Assembly: GCA_951406725.2 (NCBI GenBank)
Contig: OX597821.1
Span: forward strand, 95,542,001-95,606,000
From: Octopus vulgaris
Lineage: Eukaryota
Length of the DNA: 64,000 bases
Reading direction: 5' to 3'
In this document: positions 52,351-64,000 of the stretch, one piece after another
Layout of the letters: the number at the start of each line of letters is the position of its first letter
How positions within the stretch are numbered: position 1 is the first letter of the stretch
The notes under the pieces: model-generated
Seen by the model: the letters and a program-made list of their open reading frames with translations, nothing else
Databases searched by the model: none
Told to the model about the DNA's origin: nothing
Program-made: the position numbers and the translations under genes

Positions 52351-52740
52351 CTAGCAGTATCGCCCGGCGTTGCTCGGGTTTGTAAGGGAAATAACTATAT
52401 AAGCATTTTTAGAGAGTTATAGCCAAAAAATAGCAAAAAAATGGAAAAAAATGATGGTAAATTTTTTTTTTAAATCGTTGACTCATCGTAGACATTTTTT
52501 AGAGAGTTACTTCCCTTATATAATAGCGAAAGAAATGCATTAAAATGGAAAAAAAATGATGGTAAATTATTTTAAAAATCGTAGACTCATCGTAGACGCG
52601 CGCTAATACCCAGAAGGGCTCGATATGAATCAAGACTATAAGATACCCAGTTTTGGTTAAACTGCACCGCAAAATGTGGGAGTAGTTAGGAATCTAAATC
52701 GGAGTAGACAGACACACAACTTGACTTTTATATATAAAGA
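52351..52740 (-). mobile_element. Non-autonomous Helitron, same family, with an extra internal ~90-bp repeat
   Basis: Same TC start and hairpin-CTAG end as 12798-13095. The segment CATTTTTAGAGAGTTA...GACTCATCGTAGAC occurs twice. Confidence 0.82.
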
Positions 52741-53363
52741 TATGAGAGAGAGAGAGAGATTTATCTTGACAAGGAGGTTAAAATTTCCCTGGAGACCATT
52801 TAGCCAAATTGGTTGAATAAGCCATCAGGTGAAACTTGAAGGCAAAACCATCATGAATGTTGAAATTTCATTCTACTCTCAGTTTTAAGTCTTTACTTGT
52901 TTCAGTCATTTAACTGTGGCCATGCAACTTAACCCAGAACCATGTGGTTGGGAAGCAAGCTTCTTACCACACGGCTATGCTGTCGCTTAGTGGTTATACT
53001 GGTTAGAGGACTGCACTCACAATTGCAAGGTCATGGCTTCAATTCCCAGATTGTGTAGAGCCTTGTGTCCTTGAGCAAAACACTTCATTTCATATTGCTC
53101 TGCAAGGACTGATGTGTAAGGTGTGACATACCACGCACCTGTACAGGCAATGATAGGAGTGAGCTAATATATATAATAAACATTTGATCACAATAAGGAA
53201 ATAACCAAAACATCTGTGCAGTTTGTTGAGCTAAGAAACTGCAGAAACCTCATTTGTCATTTGTGACAAAAGAGTTCAGTATATACACACACACATACGC
53301 ACACACAAACGTGCATGTGTGTGTGTGTGTGTGTGTGTGTTTATAAATAAATATATATATACA

Positions 53364-53795
53364 TATAGTTAATCCAAACATGAAAACACAACAACGCGAG
53401 GACGTGGAACAAATATAGTATTATTGGGCACTCAGGAAGGAAGGGAAGAAGGAGGGTTTAACGTTTCGAGCGGAGCTCTTCGTCGGAAACATAGAAGGAA
53501 AGATCCAGAGAAGGGAAGACAGAGGAAAAAAAAATCGCCAACGGTACACACGCGGTCACACTTTGAATGTATATATATATACATTCAATATGCAACTGTG
53601 TGTGTACCGTTGGCAATTTTCTTTCTCCGTCTTCCCTTCCTTGGACCTTTCCTTTTACTATGTTTCTGACAAAGAGCTCCGCTCGAAACATTAAATCCTC
53701 CTCCTTTCTTTCCTTTCCTAAGCGTCCAATAACACTATACTCGTTCCACATCCTCGCGTTGTGTTTTCTCTTTGTTCATGTTTGGATTAACTATA
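53364..53795. repeat. ~430-bp inverted repeat (two diverged ~200-bp arms centred on a (TA)n), Penelope pLTR-like
   Basis: Left arm TATAGTTAATCCAAACATGAA...TTGAATGTATAT mirrors right arm ATACATTCAA...TTCATGTTTGGATTAACTATA. Confidence 0.85.
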
Positions 53796-54107
53796 TATAT
53801 ATATATATACACATACATACATGCACACATATATATGGAGTCATATCCATATGTATAATAAGCGTATTTAGTCTCATGAAATTAGGCCCTGAGGTAGAAT
53901 GTCAGTAACACCATAAACATATTCATTCACAACCACACTGCAGTGATATTATAGTTATTAATTACCAGCTGTCAACCTTGTACAATTATATAAATGAAAT
54001 TATGCTTGTTATAATTTCGTTTGCCTTTCTTATCAGAGGTTCTTCTGTTTACACTGTTTAACAGCAACAGCTTCAGAGACAGAGGTTTGCAATTCTTAAG
54101 TCTTTAA

Positions 54108-54319
54108 CCCTTTTGTTACTAACCCGGCCAAAACCGGCCCTGGCTCTGTGGTAAAATGTCTTGTTTTCATAAGTTTTAAATTAAAATATTCCTTAGTTAC
54201 AATTTATGTTCCTAACACTAACTTAATGATAACTAAGTTATTTTACTAAATTCTTTGTTATATTTAAAATAATTGAAAGAAACACAGAGCATCTCAAAAT
54301 AAATACAGTAACAAAAGGG
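54108..54319. mobile_element. piggyBac-like MITE, second family (other copies at 45136-45355 and, diverged, 40715-40907)
   Basis: TTAA|CCCTTTTGTTACT...AGTAACAAAAGGG|TTAA. Highly similar to 45136-45355. Confidence 0.8.
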
Positions 54320-54841
54320 TTAAGGAGAAACAAAACTAGTTACTTGCTTCAATCTTTAATTCAAGATGCTTCCTCCACACACACACACACATCCACTGCA
54401 TGGTTTTGTCATGGGGCCTAACTTGGCAGATAGGCATGCTTACTAAACAGATAGATATGAACTTGACTGTGGTTAAGAAGTTTGCTTTGCAACCACAGTT
54501 TTGGCTTCAGTCCCACTGTGCAGCATCTTGGGCAACTATCTTCTATAGCTTGTTGCCGACCAATGCTTTGTGCATGAATATGGTATGCAGTAACTGTGTG
54601 AAAGCACATCATATGTGTGTGTGTGTGCAATCTTGACAACCAGTGTTGGTTTGTTTATGTCCCTGTAACAGAGCAGTTCAGCAAAAGAGACTGAAAAGTA
54701 AGTACTAGACTTAAAGAATAAGTGCTGGAATTGATTTGTGCAGCTAAAATCCTTCAAGCCAATATCCAAGTATGCCTGCAGTCCAATGACTGAAACAAAT
54801 AAAACATTCATAAACAGCATTATACTGAAAGCCTGGAGATA

Positions 54842-54874
<33 letters not shown>

Positions 54875-54912
54875 CCTCCTACTTCCCCTATCTCTTCCCT
54901 CTTGCCCCAAAG

Positions 54913-55222
54913 AAATACTTGGGCTTTACAGAGGGTAATTTCAAGGACAGGTTCAATAATCACACCTTGAGCTTCAGGCACTGGCATAAATGGAAAACGA
55001 CCAAATTATCCAGTCATTAAAAGATAAAGGTGTCAGTTACAACATACATTGGAAGATCTTAGCCAAGTGTAAGCCCTACACCATCGGCAGGGGAAAGTGC
55101 AGTCTTTGTGATATGGAAAGATGGCTCATCTAGAAAAGCAGCTTAGACCCTGCCACATGTCTAAATTCAAGAACTGAACTTTTCGGATCATGTCTACACG
55201 TGGCTAAATATTTGTTATGTTT
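54913..55222 (+). mobile_element. Penelope-like element, degenerate GIY-YIG endonuclease fragment
   Basis: KYLGFTEGNFKDRFNNHTLSFRH...TKLSSH, frameshift, LKDKGVSYNIHWKILAKCKPY...KCSLCDMER..., then LNSRTELFGSCLH..KYLL. Confidence 0.8.
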
Positions 55223-58200
55223 TTGGTCCCCACGAGATTACAGATAGGACTTGCTTTCTATATTGTGTCCATGTACAGCCTTTTTATTTCTCTATACTTT
55301 TTACTTATATTTCTTATATATTTTTTACATATTTATAGAGATGTTTTATAGTTTTATTGCTCATATATTTTTTACACATTTTTTCTGTATTCTACCTTCC
55401 ACCCTACATTTTTCCTGTGCATATATAGACATATATATAGAATTTTTTGTGCACGTGTGCACCCTACATCCAAAATTCGCAGTTTTATCATGGCTGCGGA
55501 ATAATTGTCACATATTACATTTACAGATATATATGCCTTTCCATTTCCCCTATCTCTTTCCCCCATACATTCTTGCAAACCTCCACCCTCCCCACCTACT
55601 ACTGCACCTGCTAGCTGAGGTGCCCTTGAACACCTTACCACAATACCTCCTGGGAGATACTTCTAATTCATTCTCTCTCTCTCTCTCTCCTAAATGTGGG
55701 CAGCCATGTAGCTCTTCTACAACAAGAACTTGCTCTGCTCCAAACATACCTTAACGTCCATCTAACATACAGAGGCAACATCCTCCCTCCTTGGTTTTAT
55801 TGACAAAAAAAGGAAAACACCCAGTACACATTGGTTGGTTTTAGAAAGGGCATCAGTCACAGAAACCATACCAAAGCAGACACTGAAGCACAATGCAGTC
55901 CTTCAACTCATTAGATCCTTGTCAAACTGTCCATTCCATGCTATCATGGAATGTGGATGTAATGTGATGATAGTGTGTGTGTATGTGGCAACTCTTTCCA
56001 AATCATGATGTACAGTTTATAAGATTTCTAAAGACCTCTTTGAAGTAGACAGCACTAAAACTAAATATACCCAACTTGAGCTTTCTTGTTTCTTCATAAT
56101 TCCACACTAATGAACGAACAGCTTAGATTACAACAGAACAGACATTTTGCCAAACAAACACACCCTCACTTTCCACTACTTTCTCTTTCTGCACACTAAA
56201 CTGAAACAAGTGATTGCTGTCAAATAAGACATTTTGACAACACCACCCACCACCACCAATACTTCTAATTTCAATGAAAGATGTAGTCTGTCTCAAGACT
56301 GGCTAGTAGAAGTAGTAGCAGCATGAGCAGTAGTGGTTGTGATGGTAATGTTTGTTGGAGAAAATTGACCTACATTTTAGAAATTTAAAAAGAACAGACA
56401 ACAAAGACTTCTAGTCTTTCTTGTTTGTAAATGAGTTGGTTTTACAAAAAAAAAATGGAACTTTCTCCGGCTGTGTGGTAAGTAGCTTGTTTACCAACCA
56501 CATGGTTCCGGGTTCAGTCCCACTGCGTGGCACCTTGGGCAAGTGTCTTCTACTATAGCCTCGGGCCGACCAAAGCCTTGTGAGTGGATTTGGTAGACGG
56601 AAACTGAAAGAAGCCTGTCGTATATATGTATATATATATATATATAATATATATGCGTGTGTGTGTTTGTGTCTGTGTTTGTCCTCCTAGCATTGCTTGA
56701 CAACCGATGCTGGTGTGTTTATGTTACTTAGCGGTTCGGCAAAAGAGATCGATAGAATAAGTACTGGGCTTACAAAAAATAAGTCCTGGGGTCGAGTTGC
56801 TCGATTAAAGGCGGTGCTCCAGCATGGCCGCAGTCAAATGACTGAAACAAGTAAAAGAATACCATTTTGGTTGAAATTAGAGGTAAAAAAAATCTATGTT
56901 TAAAAAAAAATATTGTGGCTATGTGGTTAAGAAGCTTACTTCCCAACTATATGGTCTTAGGTTCATTCCCATTGCACAGCACCAAGGGCAACAGTCTTCT
57001 ACAATAGCCTCTGCCCAACCAAAACCTTCTGAGTGGATCTAGAAGGCATAAATTGAAAGAAGCCCATCATGTAGGTGTATGTGTGTGTATTTGTGCTTGT
57101 GTTTGTCCACCTGCCAGCTCACCACTTGACAACTGGTGTCAGTTTGTTTACATCCCCTGTAACTTAGCAGTTTGACAAAAAAAAAAAGACCAGTGGAATA
57201 AGTACTAGGTTTAAAAATACGTACTGGGGTGCAATTCAGTCAATTAAACCTTTTAAGGCACTGCCCCAGTATAACTGTCTGAAACAAGTAAAAGAAATAT
57301 TATTGTTCGTTTGTATCACATCCATTTTCCCATGCTACATCACAACTTATTACTGATGCTCTTCCTATTGCTAGCCCTTGTCTGTTTTTTTAAGCAAGGG
57401 ACTTTTATAAGGACTTAGAAAGTGTAAAGCTATGGACCAATTTATTGACAGGGAATGCCAACAAAACACCACTGCTTTTGCTCAAGCAGTTTCCTGCAAA
57501 GATATCACAGAATATAAACATCCACACGGAGACATAAACTGACAAACATTCACACACACACATACACACCATTATCATCATCATCATCATAACATCCATC
57601 CTTCCATGTTTGTATGAGTGAGAGGAAGCTTATTGAGGCAGATTCATTATGTTTGGATGCTTTTCCTATTGTCAACCCTCACCTGTTTCCAAGTCAGGTG
57701 ATATTTCCCCATGGCCAGACATCTTTTCACAGAATATTGGAAATGAATGATGTACGACATTGATTGTATGGTAGTGATACTCATTTACAAGTGGAGTCTG
57801 GTGTTGCTAAGAAAGCTGTGTGTAAATGAAAGATTGTCAAAATGCACCAATCCGATTGTGGCCGTTGCCAGCCTCGCCTGGCACCTGTGCAGGTGGCACG
57901 TAAAAAGCACTCACTACACTCATGGAGTGGTTGGCGTTAGGAAGGGCACCCAGCTGTAGAAACACTGCCAGATCAGACTGGAGCCTGGTGCAGCCTTCTG
58001 GCTTCCCAGATCCCCGGTCGAACCGTCCAACCCATGCTAGCATGGAGAACGGACGTTAAATGATGATGATGATATAAAGAAAGAGTCAGTAATGTATCCA
58101 GTTAAATAATTTCAGTTTGCACTAGGTGTTCTAAAGGAATCAGCTCTTAGCCCCTATCTGGCATGGGCCAGTGTGCACCAGCATAGTATCATACCACATC

Positions 58201-59365
58201 ATGATGTCCTTTGTTGTTACAAATACTACAAAACAGAGAAAAACTGTTGATCTTTATTGTATATGTATTTTATATTTCTTTATAAATAGTAAAATGATTG
58301 ATTAGTAGTAATTGTTTACACAAAATTCAGTCAAAGCAGTTGACACCTTTTCAAATGCATTGTTTATTTTATGGTCAAATTTTAGCATTAAAATTCAAAA
58401 GAATGAAACAGAATTACATTTTACTCAGGAGAGAAACTGGTAAAGAAGAGCAGATACTGTTGCCAAGAATATGAATGAAAAAAAATCTAAAGACCAATTC
58501 TCCAATGATAGGACAGTAATATATACCTATATATCCAGTTTATGTAAACAAGAAGAAAAAAAAAACCCAGATGTAAAATGTGTGTGTGTTTGTGTGCATG
58601 GAATACCTTACAGCTTTAACATAACCAGTTTTTTTCAACAACTCCTGTTCGCTTGCATCAGTCTACAAAGACGATAAAACTGCATTCATTCTAACCTTAT
58701 GGTTGAATGGTTTAGTAATAAACAAACTGTGTTAATAAGTAAAATAATACCTGCAACTGTACACCAGTCTTCTATCACAAAAAAAAAAAAAAAAAGAGGA
58801 GAAACTATTTATTCCACACTGACACCAAGAAATAAGAAGCATACACACACTACTTATTCAAAGATTTAGTTACATGTGGATACATGTAGATGCAAACACA
58901 CACACTCATTCATACAAATACTCAACAATTCAACAGATTGTTACACATACACACGCAAAGTAGTAATACAATGATTGAACAGGAAATCAGGATGAGGGGG
59001 GGAAGGGTACGCAACAATACCAAAGACAGGTACAAAAAGCCTAAACTGAATATCAATAACATATTAACATGGCTATTGATTATAGTAATTTCTTTAGGAT
59101 ATTATATAAACACACACACACAGAGTGGTGCTCTAGCATGACCACATTCACATATGGTTGAAATGTAAAAATGTTTATGTATATGTATGTATATAGGCAC
59201 AGGAGTGGCTGTGTGGTAAGTAGCTTGTTTACCAACCACATGGTTCCGGGTTCAGTCCCACAGTGTGGCACCTTGGGCAAGTGTCTTCTACTATAAGCTC
59301 GGGCCGACCAAAGCCTTGTGAGTGGATTTGGTAGATGGAAACTGAAAAGAAGCCCGTCGTATATA

Positions 59366-59402
<37 letters not shown>

Positions 59403-62400
59403 GCGTGTGTGTGTTTTTGTGTCTGTGTTTGTCCCCCTGGCATTGCTTGACAACCGATGCTGGTGTGTTTATGTCCCCGTTACTTAGCGGTTCGGCAAAA
59501 GAGACCGATAGAATAAGTACTGGGCTTACAAAAAAAGAATAAGTCCCGGGATCGAGTTGCTCGATTAAAGGCGGTGCTCCAGCATGGCCGCAGTCAAATG
59601 ACTGAAAAGAGTAAAAGAGTATATATAAAGGTGCAGGTGTGGCAAAATGCTTGCTTCTCAACCACATGGTTCTGGGTTTAGTCCCACATGTGGCACCTTG
59701 GGCAACTACATTCTACTATAGCCTTGTGAGTAGATTTGGTAAACAGAAACTGGAAGAAGCCCATCATACATACATGTATATGTGTGTGTGTGTGTGTATA
59801 CTTATGTGCATGTTGGTGTGTTTACATCCCTGTAACTTAATGGTTCAACAAAAGAGACTGGTAGAATAAGTACTAGGTTTTAAAAAAGTCCTGGAGTCAA
59901 TTTGTTCGACTAAAACCCTTCAAGGCAGTGCTCCAACAGTCAAATGACTAAAAGAATAAAAGAATATATCATCATCATCATCGTTTAACGTCTGTTCTCC
60001 ATGCTGGCATGGGTTGGACGGTGCAACTGGGGTCTGGGAAGCCAGAAGGCTGCACCAGGCTCCGGTCTTATCTGGCAATGTTTCTACAGCTGGATGCCCT
60101 TCCTAACGCCAACCACTCCGTGAGTGTAGTGGGTGCTTTTTACGTGCCACCTGCACTGGTGCCAGGCGAGGCTGGCATCGGCCATGGTCGGATTGGTGCA
60201 TTTTACGTGCCACCTGCACGGAAGCCAGTCGAGGCGGCACTGGCTTCGGCCACGATTCGGATGGTGCTTTTTACGTGCCACCGACACGTTGTTTAATGTC
60301 TACTTTCCCATGCTTGTCTGGGTCAGGTGGAACTCACTGATGTAGTTTTCTACAGTTGGATGTCCCTGTTGCTAACCAGAGCCAAACACATTTTCACAGT
60401 AGACTGGAAATGAAAACATCACTTGATGATGTTCATTTACAACTATCACACTGTCTAGACAAAAGTACACACAAACATTTATATAGATACACACACAATG
60501 GTCTTCTTTCTGCTTCTGTCTCCAAAATCCATTCACAAGGCTTTGACTGAACCAGGACTATAACAGAAAACACTTGCCCAAAGTACCACACAGTAAAGAG
60601 GTTGGCATTAAGAAAGACATCCATCCTCAGAAACCAGCCCAAAACAGATAATGGAGCCTGGTTTAGCTTTCTTGCTTACCAGCTCCTTGTCAAACTGTCC
60701 AGCCCATTCCAGCTTGGAAGACAAACATTAAATGATGATGACGATGATATATGTTATGTTGCAGAAAATTGTCTCTCAGAATTCACTTCAATATCATTTT
60801 AATATTTGTCGTCCATGCTGATATGGGTTGGATGGTTTGATTAGGACTGGCAAGCTGAGGGACTGCATTAGACTCCAGTCTGATTTGGCATGGTTTCTAC
60901 AGCTGGATGCTCTTCCTAACGCCTACCACTCCAAGAGTGTAATGGATGCTTTTACATGTCGCTGGCATGGCTGCCAGTTGCATGACTGCCAGTTGCATGA
61001 CACCAATATCTGCCATGACTAGTGCCACATTTTTCTCAAGACTGTCACAAAGGCTTCGGAAAGTAACAGAAGAATGTCTTGCTTTCCTTTAATTGCCATT
61101 AATTTTAAGCGACAACAATATGAATTAGACATTGTAAGTGAGAGGTGTTGACTGGTTCAACCACTTTATTCTTCTACTGAAGTTATTTGATAGTAGATTT
61201 AATCAATCACCTGGTTTATTACCACCACCTGGCCCTTAATCACCGCCACTGTTGCAAGTGCAGACATTTGGTTTCTTCCTCCCTCTCTCCCACAAATTTT
61301 GCAGACCCTGTAAATTATCACGGACAAGCCTTCTCTTCTGACTAAACATTAAAAAAACAAAAAGACCCTGACTTACTATTCTGTTGTGCTAGTGTTTGAA
61401 CAAGTCAAAGTAAGACGATACTCTTGTAGAAATATTAGTGCTTCCACTTATCCAGCTATAGTAAGTTAACAGGTCCCAAATGAACAACTACTTCTTAAAC
61501 TCTTTCCAATGTTTATCTCCACCACCATCTTCTGGCTGTCAATCTTGTCTTCACTTCCATACCTGCCTCCCATGTAGATACAAACACGCAGCATTTTTGG
61601 CATTCTTTAACAGCTGAATGTATAGAACACTCAACAGGTGTGTATACACAACTCCGGGGTCACTGTTACAGCTAATGTACTTATATACAGGCAAATGTAC
61701 AAACACATTTTATCCAGTTACCGAGCTGACTAATATTAATGTGTGCATACATAATATGTACATACGTACACATTTAAATGATACTGTTTGTAAAACAATA
61801 AAAAGTACTCAATACATGGCATAAAGTTTATGTAAACAATTCTTTTTTGAGTGATAACTTCTTTATGATCTTTTATTATGTGTGTGTGTGTGTGTGTGTA
61901 TGCATGTGTTTTACATGCAGACAAAATATAAGCAGTAGACCACCAAATATACATATATATATATGTATATATATATATCATCATCATCGTTTAACGCCCG
62001 TTTTCCGCACTAGCACAGGTTGGACGGTTCGACCGGGGTCTGGGAAGCCAGGGGCAGCACCAGGCTCCAGTCTGATCTGGCAATGTTTCTACGGCTGGAT
62101 GCCTTTCCTAACGCCAACCACTCCGCGAGTGTAGTGGCTGCTTTTTACGTGCCATATATACACACACACACGTATACCTTTATTAGTTCATAGTCAAATA
62201 TAAACCTATAATGACACAGTGGTGATATGGTAAGAATGAAACAAGTGCATCTATGACAAAACAACTTGCATTTACACACACATAGATAAAAAGCAGACTA
62301 CAAACACACACACACACACACAAGTTAATTAACATCACGACACACAGACACAGAACATTCGCATTTTCCTGTGTAAAGAAACATTTCCACTTTGAGAGAA

Positions 62401-64000
62401 GTAAAATGTGACTAGTACCATTATTACCCATCTCCTTCAGTAAACCAGATAGCAGTTTGGTGTAAAGTAGATCGATAACAAACAGGGAGTGTCAACAGTG
62501 TTGTCACCTTTACTGGACTGATATTTATTTTATTGGTTTGAAGAGACTAAAAGAATAAATTCAAAACTATGATAGAATTTGTACTTGGAGTGCAAGACAT
62601 TTTATTCAGGCATGACTATGTGGTAAGAATCTTGATTCCCAACCAAACGATTCTAGGTTCAGTCCCACTATACTGGACCTTGGGTAAGTGTTTTTTTATT
62701 ACAGCCTTGGGCCAACCAAAGCCTTGTGAGTGGATCTGGTAGACAGAAACTGAAAAAAGCCCACCATGTGTGTGTGTGTGTCCGTGTCCATCATCACTTG
62801 ATAACCAGTGTTGGTATGTTTATGTCCCTCGTAATTTAGCAGTTCAGTAAAAGAGACCAACAAAATAAGTACCAGGCTTAAAACAAAATAAGTCCTGGGC
62901 TTGATTTGTTCAACTAAAATTCAAGGTGGTGCCCTAGCATGACCCCAGTCTAATGATTGAAATAAGTGAAAGAAAAAAAAAGAAAAGAAAAATACTCTAC
63001 TGCAGTCATGGGCAACCTGTAACCCATTAATATCAATGACATATTTTTCATACCTAAAGAAAAATATATCATTGATATTAATTTTGTCAAATCCCGCGAG
63101 GATGAAAGGTAAAACTGATCTCAAAAGGATTTGTACTCAATAAATAAAGGGACATAAAGGCTGCAAAGTATTGTTCTTTTAACTCATATCTCCTAGTATT
63201 GTAACAAAGATGTGACAGCTCAAAGCCATAAATTGTCCGTGGCGGGGTATGGATTATCTTGACTAAGTAATTGAATGGTACGCATTTTATCAGATCCAGG
63301 TGAGATTTGAACTCAGAACAACAAAATATAATTAGACATCACTTTATCAAATACTATACATATATTGTCAATTCATCATCATCGTTTAGCATCCGCTTTC
63401 CATGCTAGCATGGGTTGGACGATTCAACTGGGGTCTGGGAAGCCAGAAGGCTGCACCAGGCCCAGTCTGATCTGGCAGTGTTTCTACGGCTGGATGCCCT
63501 TCCTAACGCCAACCACTCCGTGAGTGTAGTGGGTGCTTTTTACGTGCCACCGGCACAGTAATAATAATTTACTAATAATAATTCTTTATTGCTGCCAAAA
63601 AGATGATGACTAAAAGAACATTACAGGGACAGGTTACAGCAAGTGTGGTGACTTACCCTGAAACTAAATGAAATAAAATGAAGGGTGGTGGTATAGAATG
63701 GACTGCATACATAAGGTACTAGAGTAATGTTCCAAGAGAAAAACCACTGAGTAAATCAAAGAAACATTGCAGCTCTTGGATTATCCTGACTACCAAGAAT
63801 AAGTTCCATTCTCCCCAATGTCATTCTACAGTGCACAGAAACATGCTAGCTACCCTCTTCCACCTTTCATAAAATTTACTGGAGGGCAGTAGATCCCCCT
63901 CCACCTTCTTCAAGTGGAACTTGAAAAAAAGAAAAATCAATGTGAAACTGGCCAAAGAGAAAAGTGCTTGTATTTAGTCCTTTCAGTTATTTCCACTCTG

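Noticed and set aside
59080-59667. 195-aa ORF and the many similar ORFs containing PKVPRSGTEPGTMW or FLQLDALPNANH
   Set aside because: They are chance translations of SINE family A and RTE 3'-UTR copies.
48335-64000. Search for ARFGEF exon 1 (MFL.RALEKIL...LRKACEVAL-like)
   Set aside because: Not found by eye or in the ORF track. It is probably beyond the window end, though I may have missed it.

Overview
AT-rich, repeat-dense animal DNA. The SINE, RTE and Penelope content and the (TA)n/(CA)n/(AAT)n density suggest an octopus genome (inference). The window lies inside one large minus-strand gene, an ARFGEF1/2 (BIG1/BIG2, Sec7-family Arf-GEF) homologue. Four conserved N-terminal (DCB-region) exons are recoverable: a 31-nt micro-exon at 48304-48334 and exons at 27319-27463, 25249-25395 and 17985-18164. 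Exon 1 was not found and is probably beyond 64000. Main observation: downstream of the 180-nt exon are four tandemly duplicated phase 0-0 exons of 60-66 nt (8836-8901, 6266-6325, 5118-5183, 1199-1264). Each has an intact AG acceptor, a GTGAGT donor and an open frame encoding DQEKQKDKQxQKTEKKSESDLE-like peptides, and none appears in the ORF track. They form a candidate cassette, mutually exclusive or repeat-exon array. The rest is intronic transposon debris: mariner, hAT/Buster, piggyBac-like MITEs, Helitron/Helentron, RTE and R4/Dong LINEs, Penelope remnants with hammerhead-like motifs, and several tRNA-derived SINE families. Almost all ORFs in the supplied track are repeat-derived. No database search was run; family names come from recognised motifs, and repeat boundaries are approximate unless TSDs or termini are quoted.
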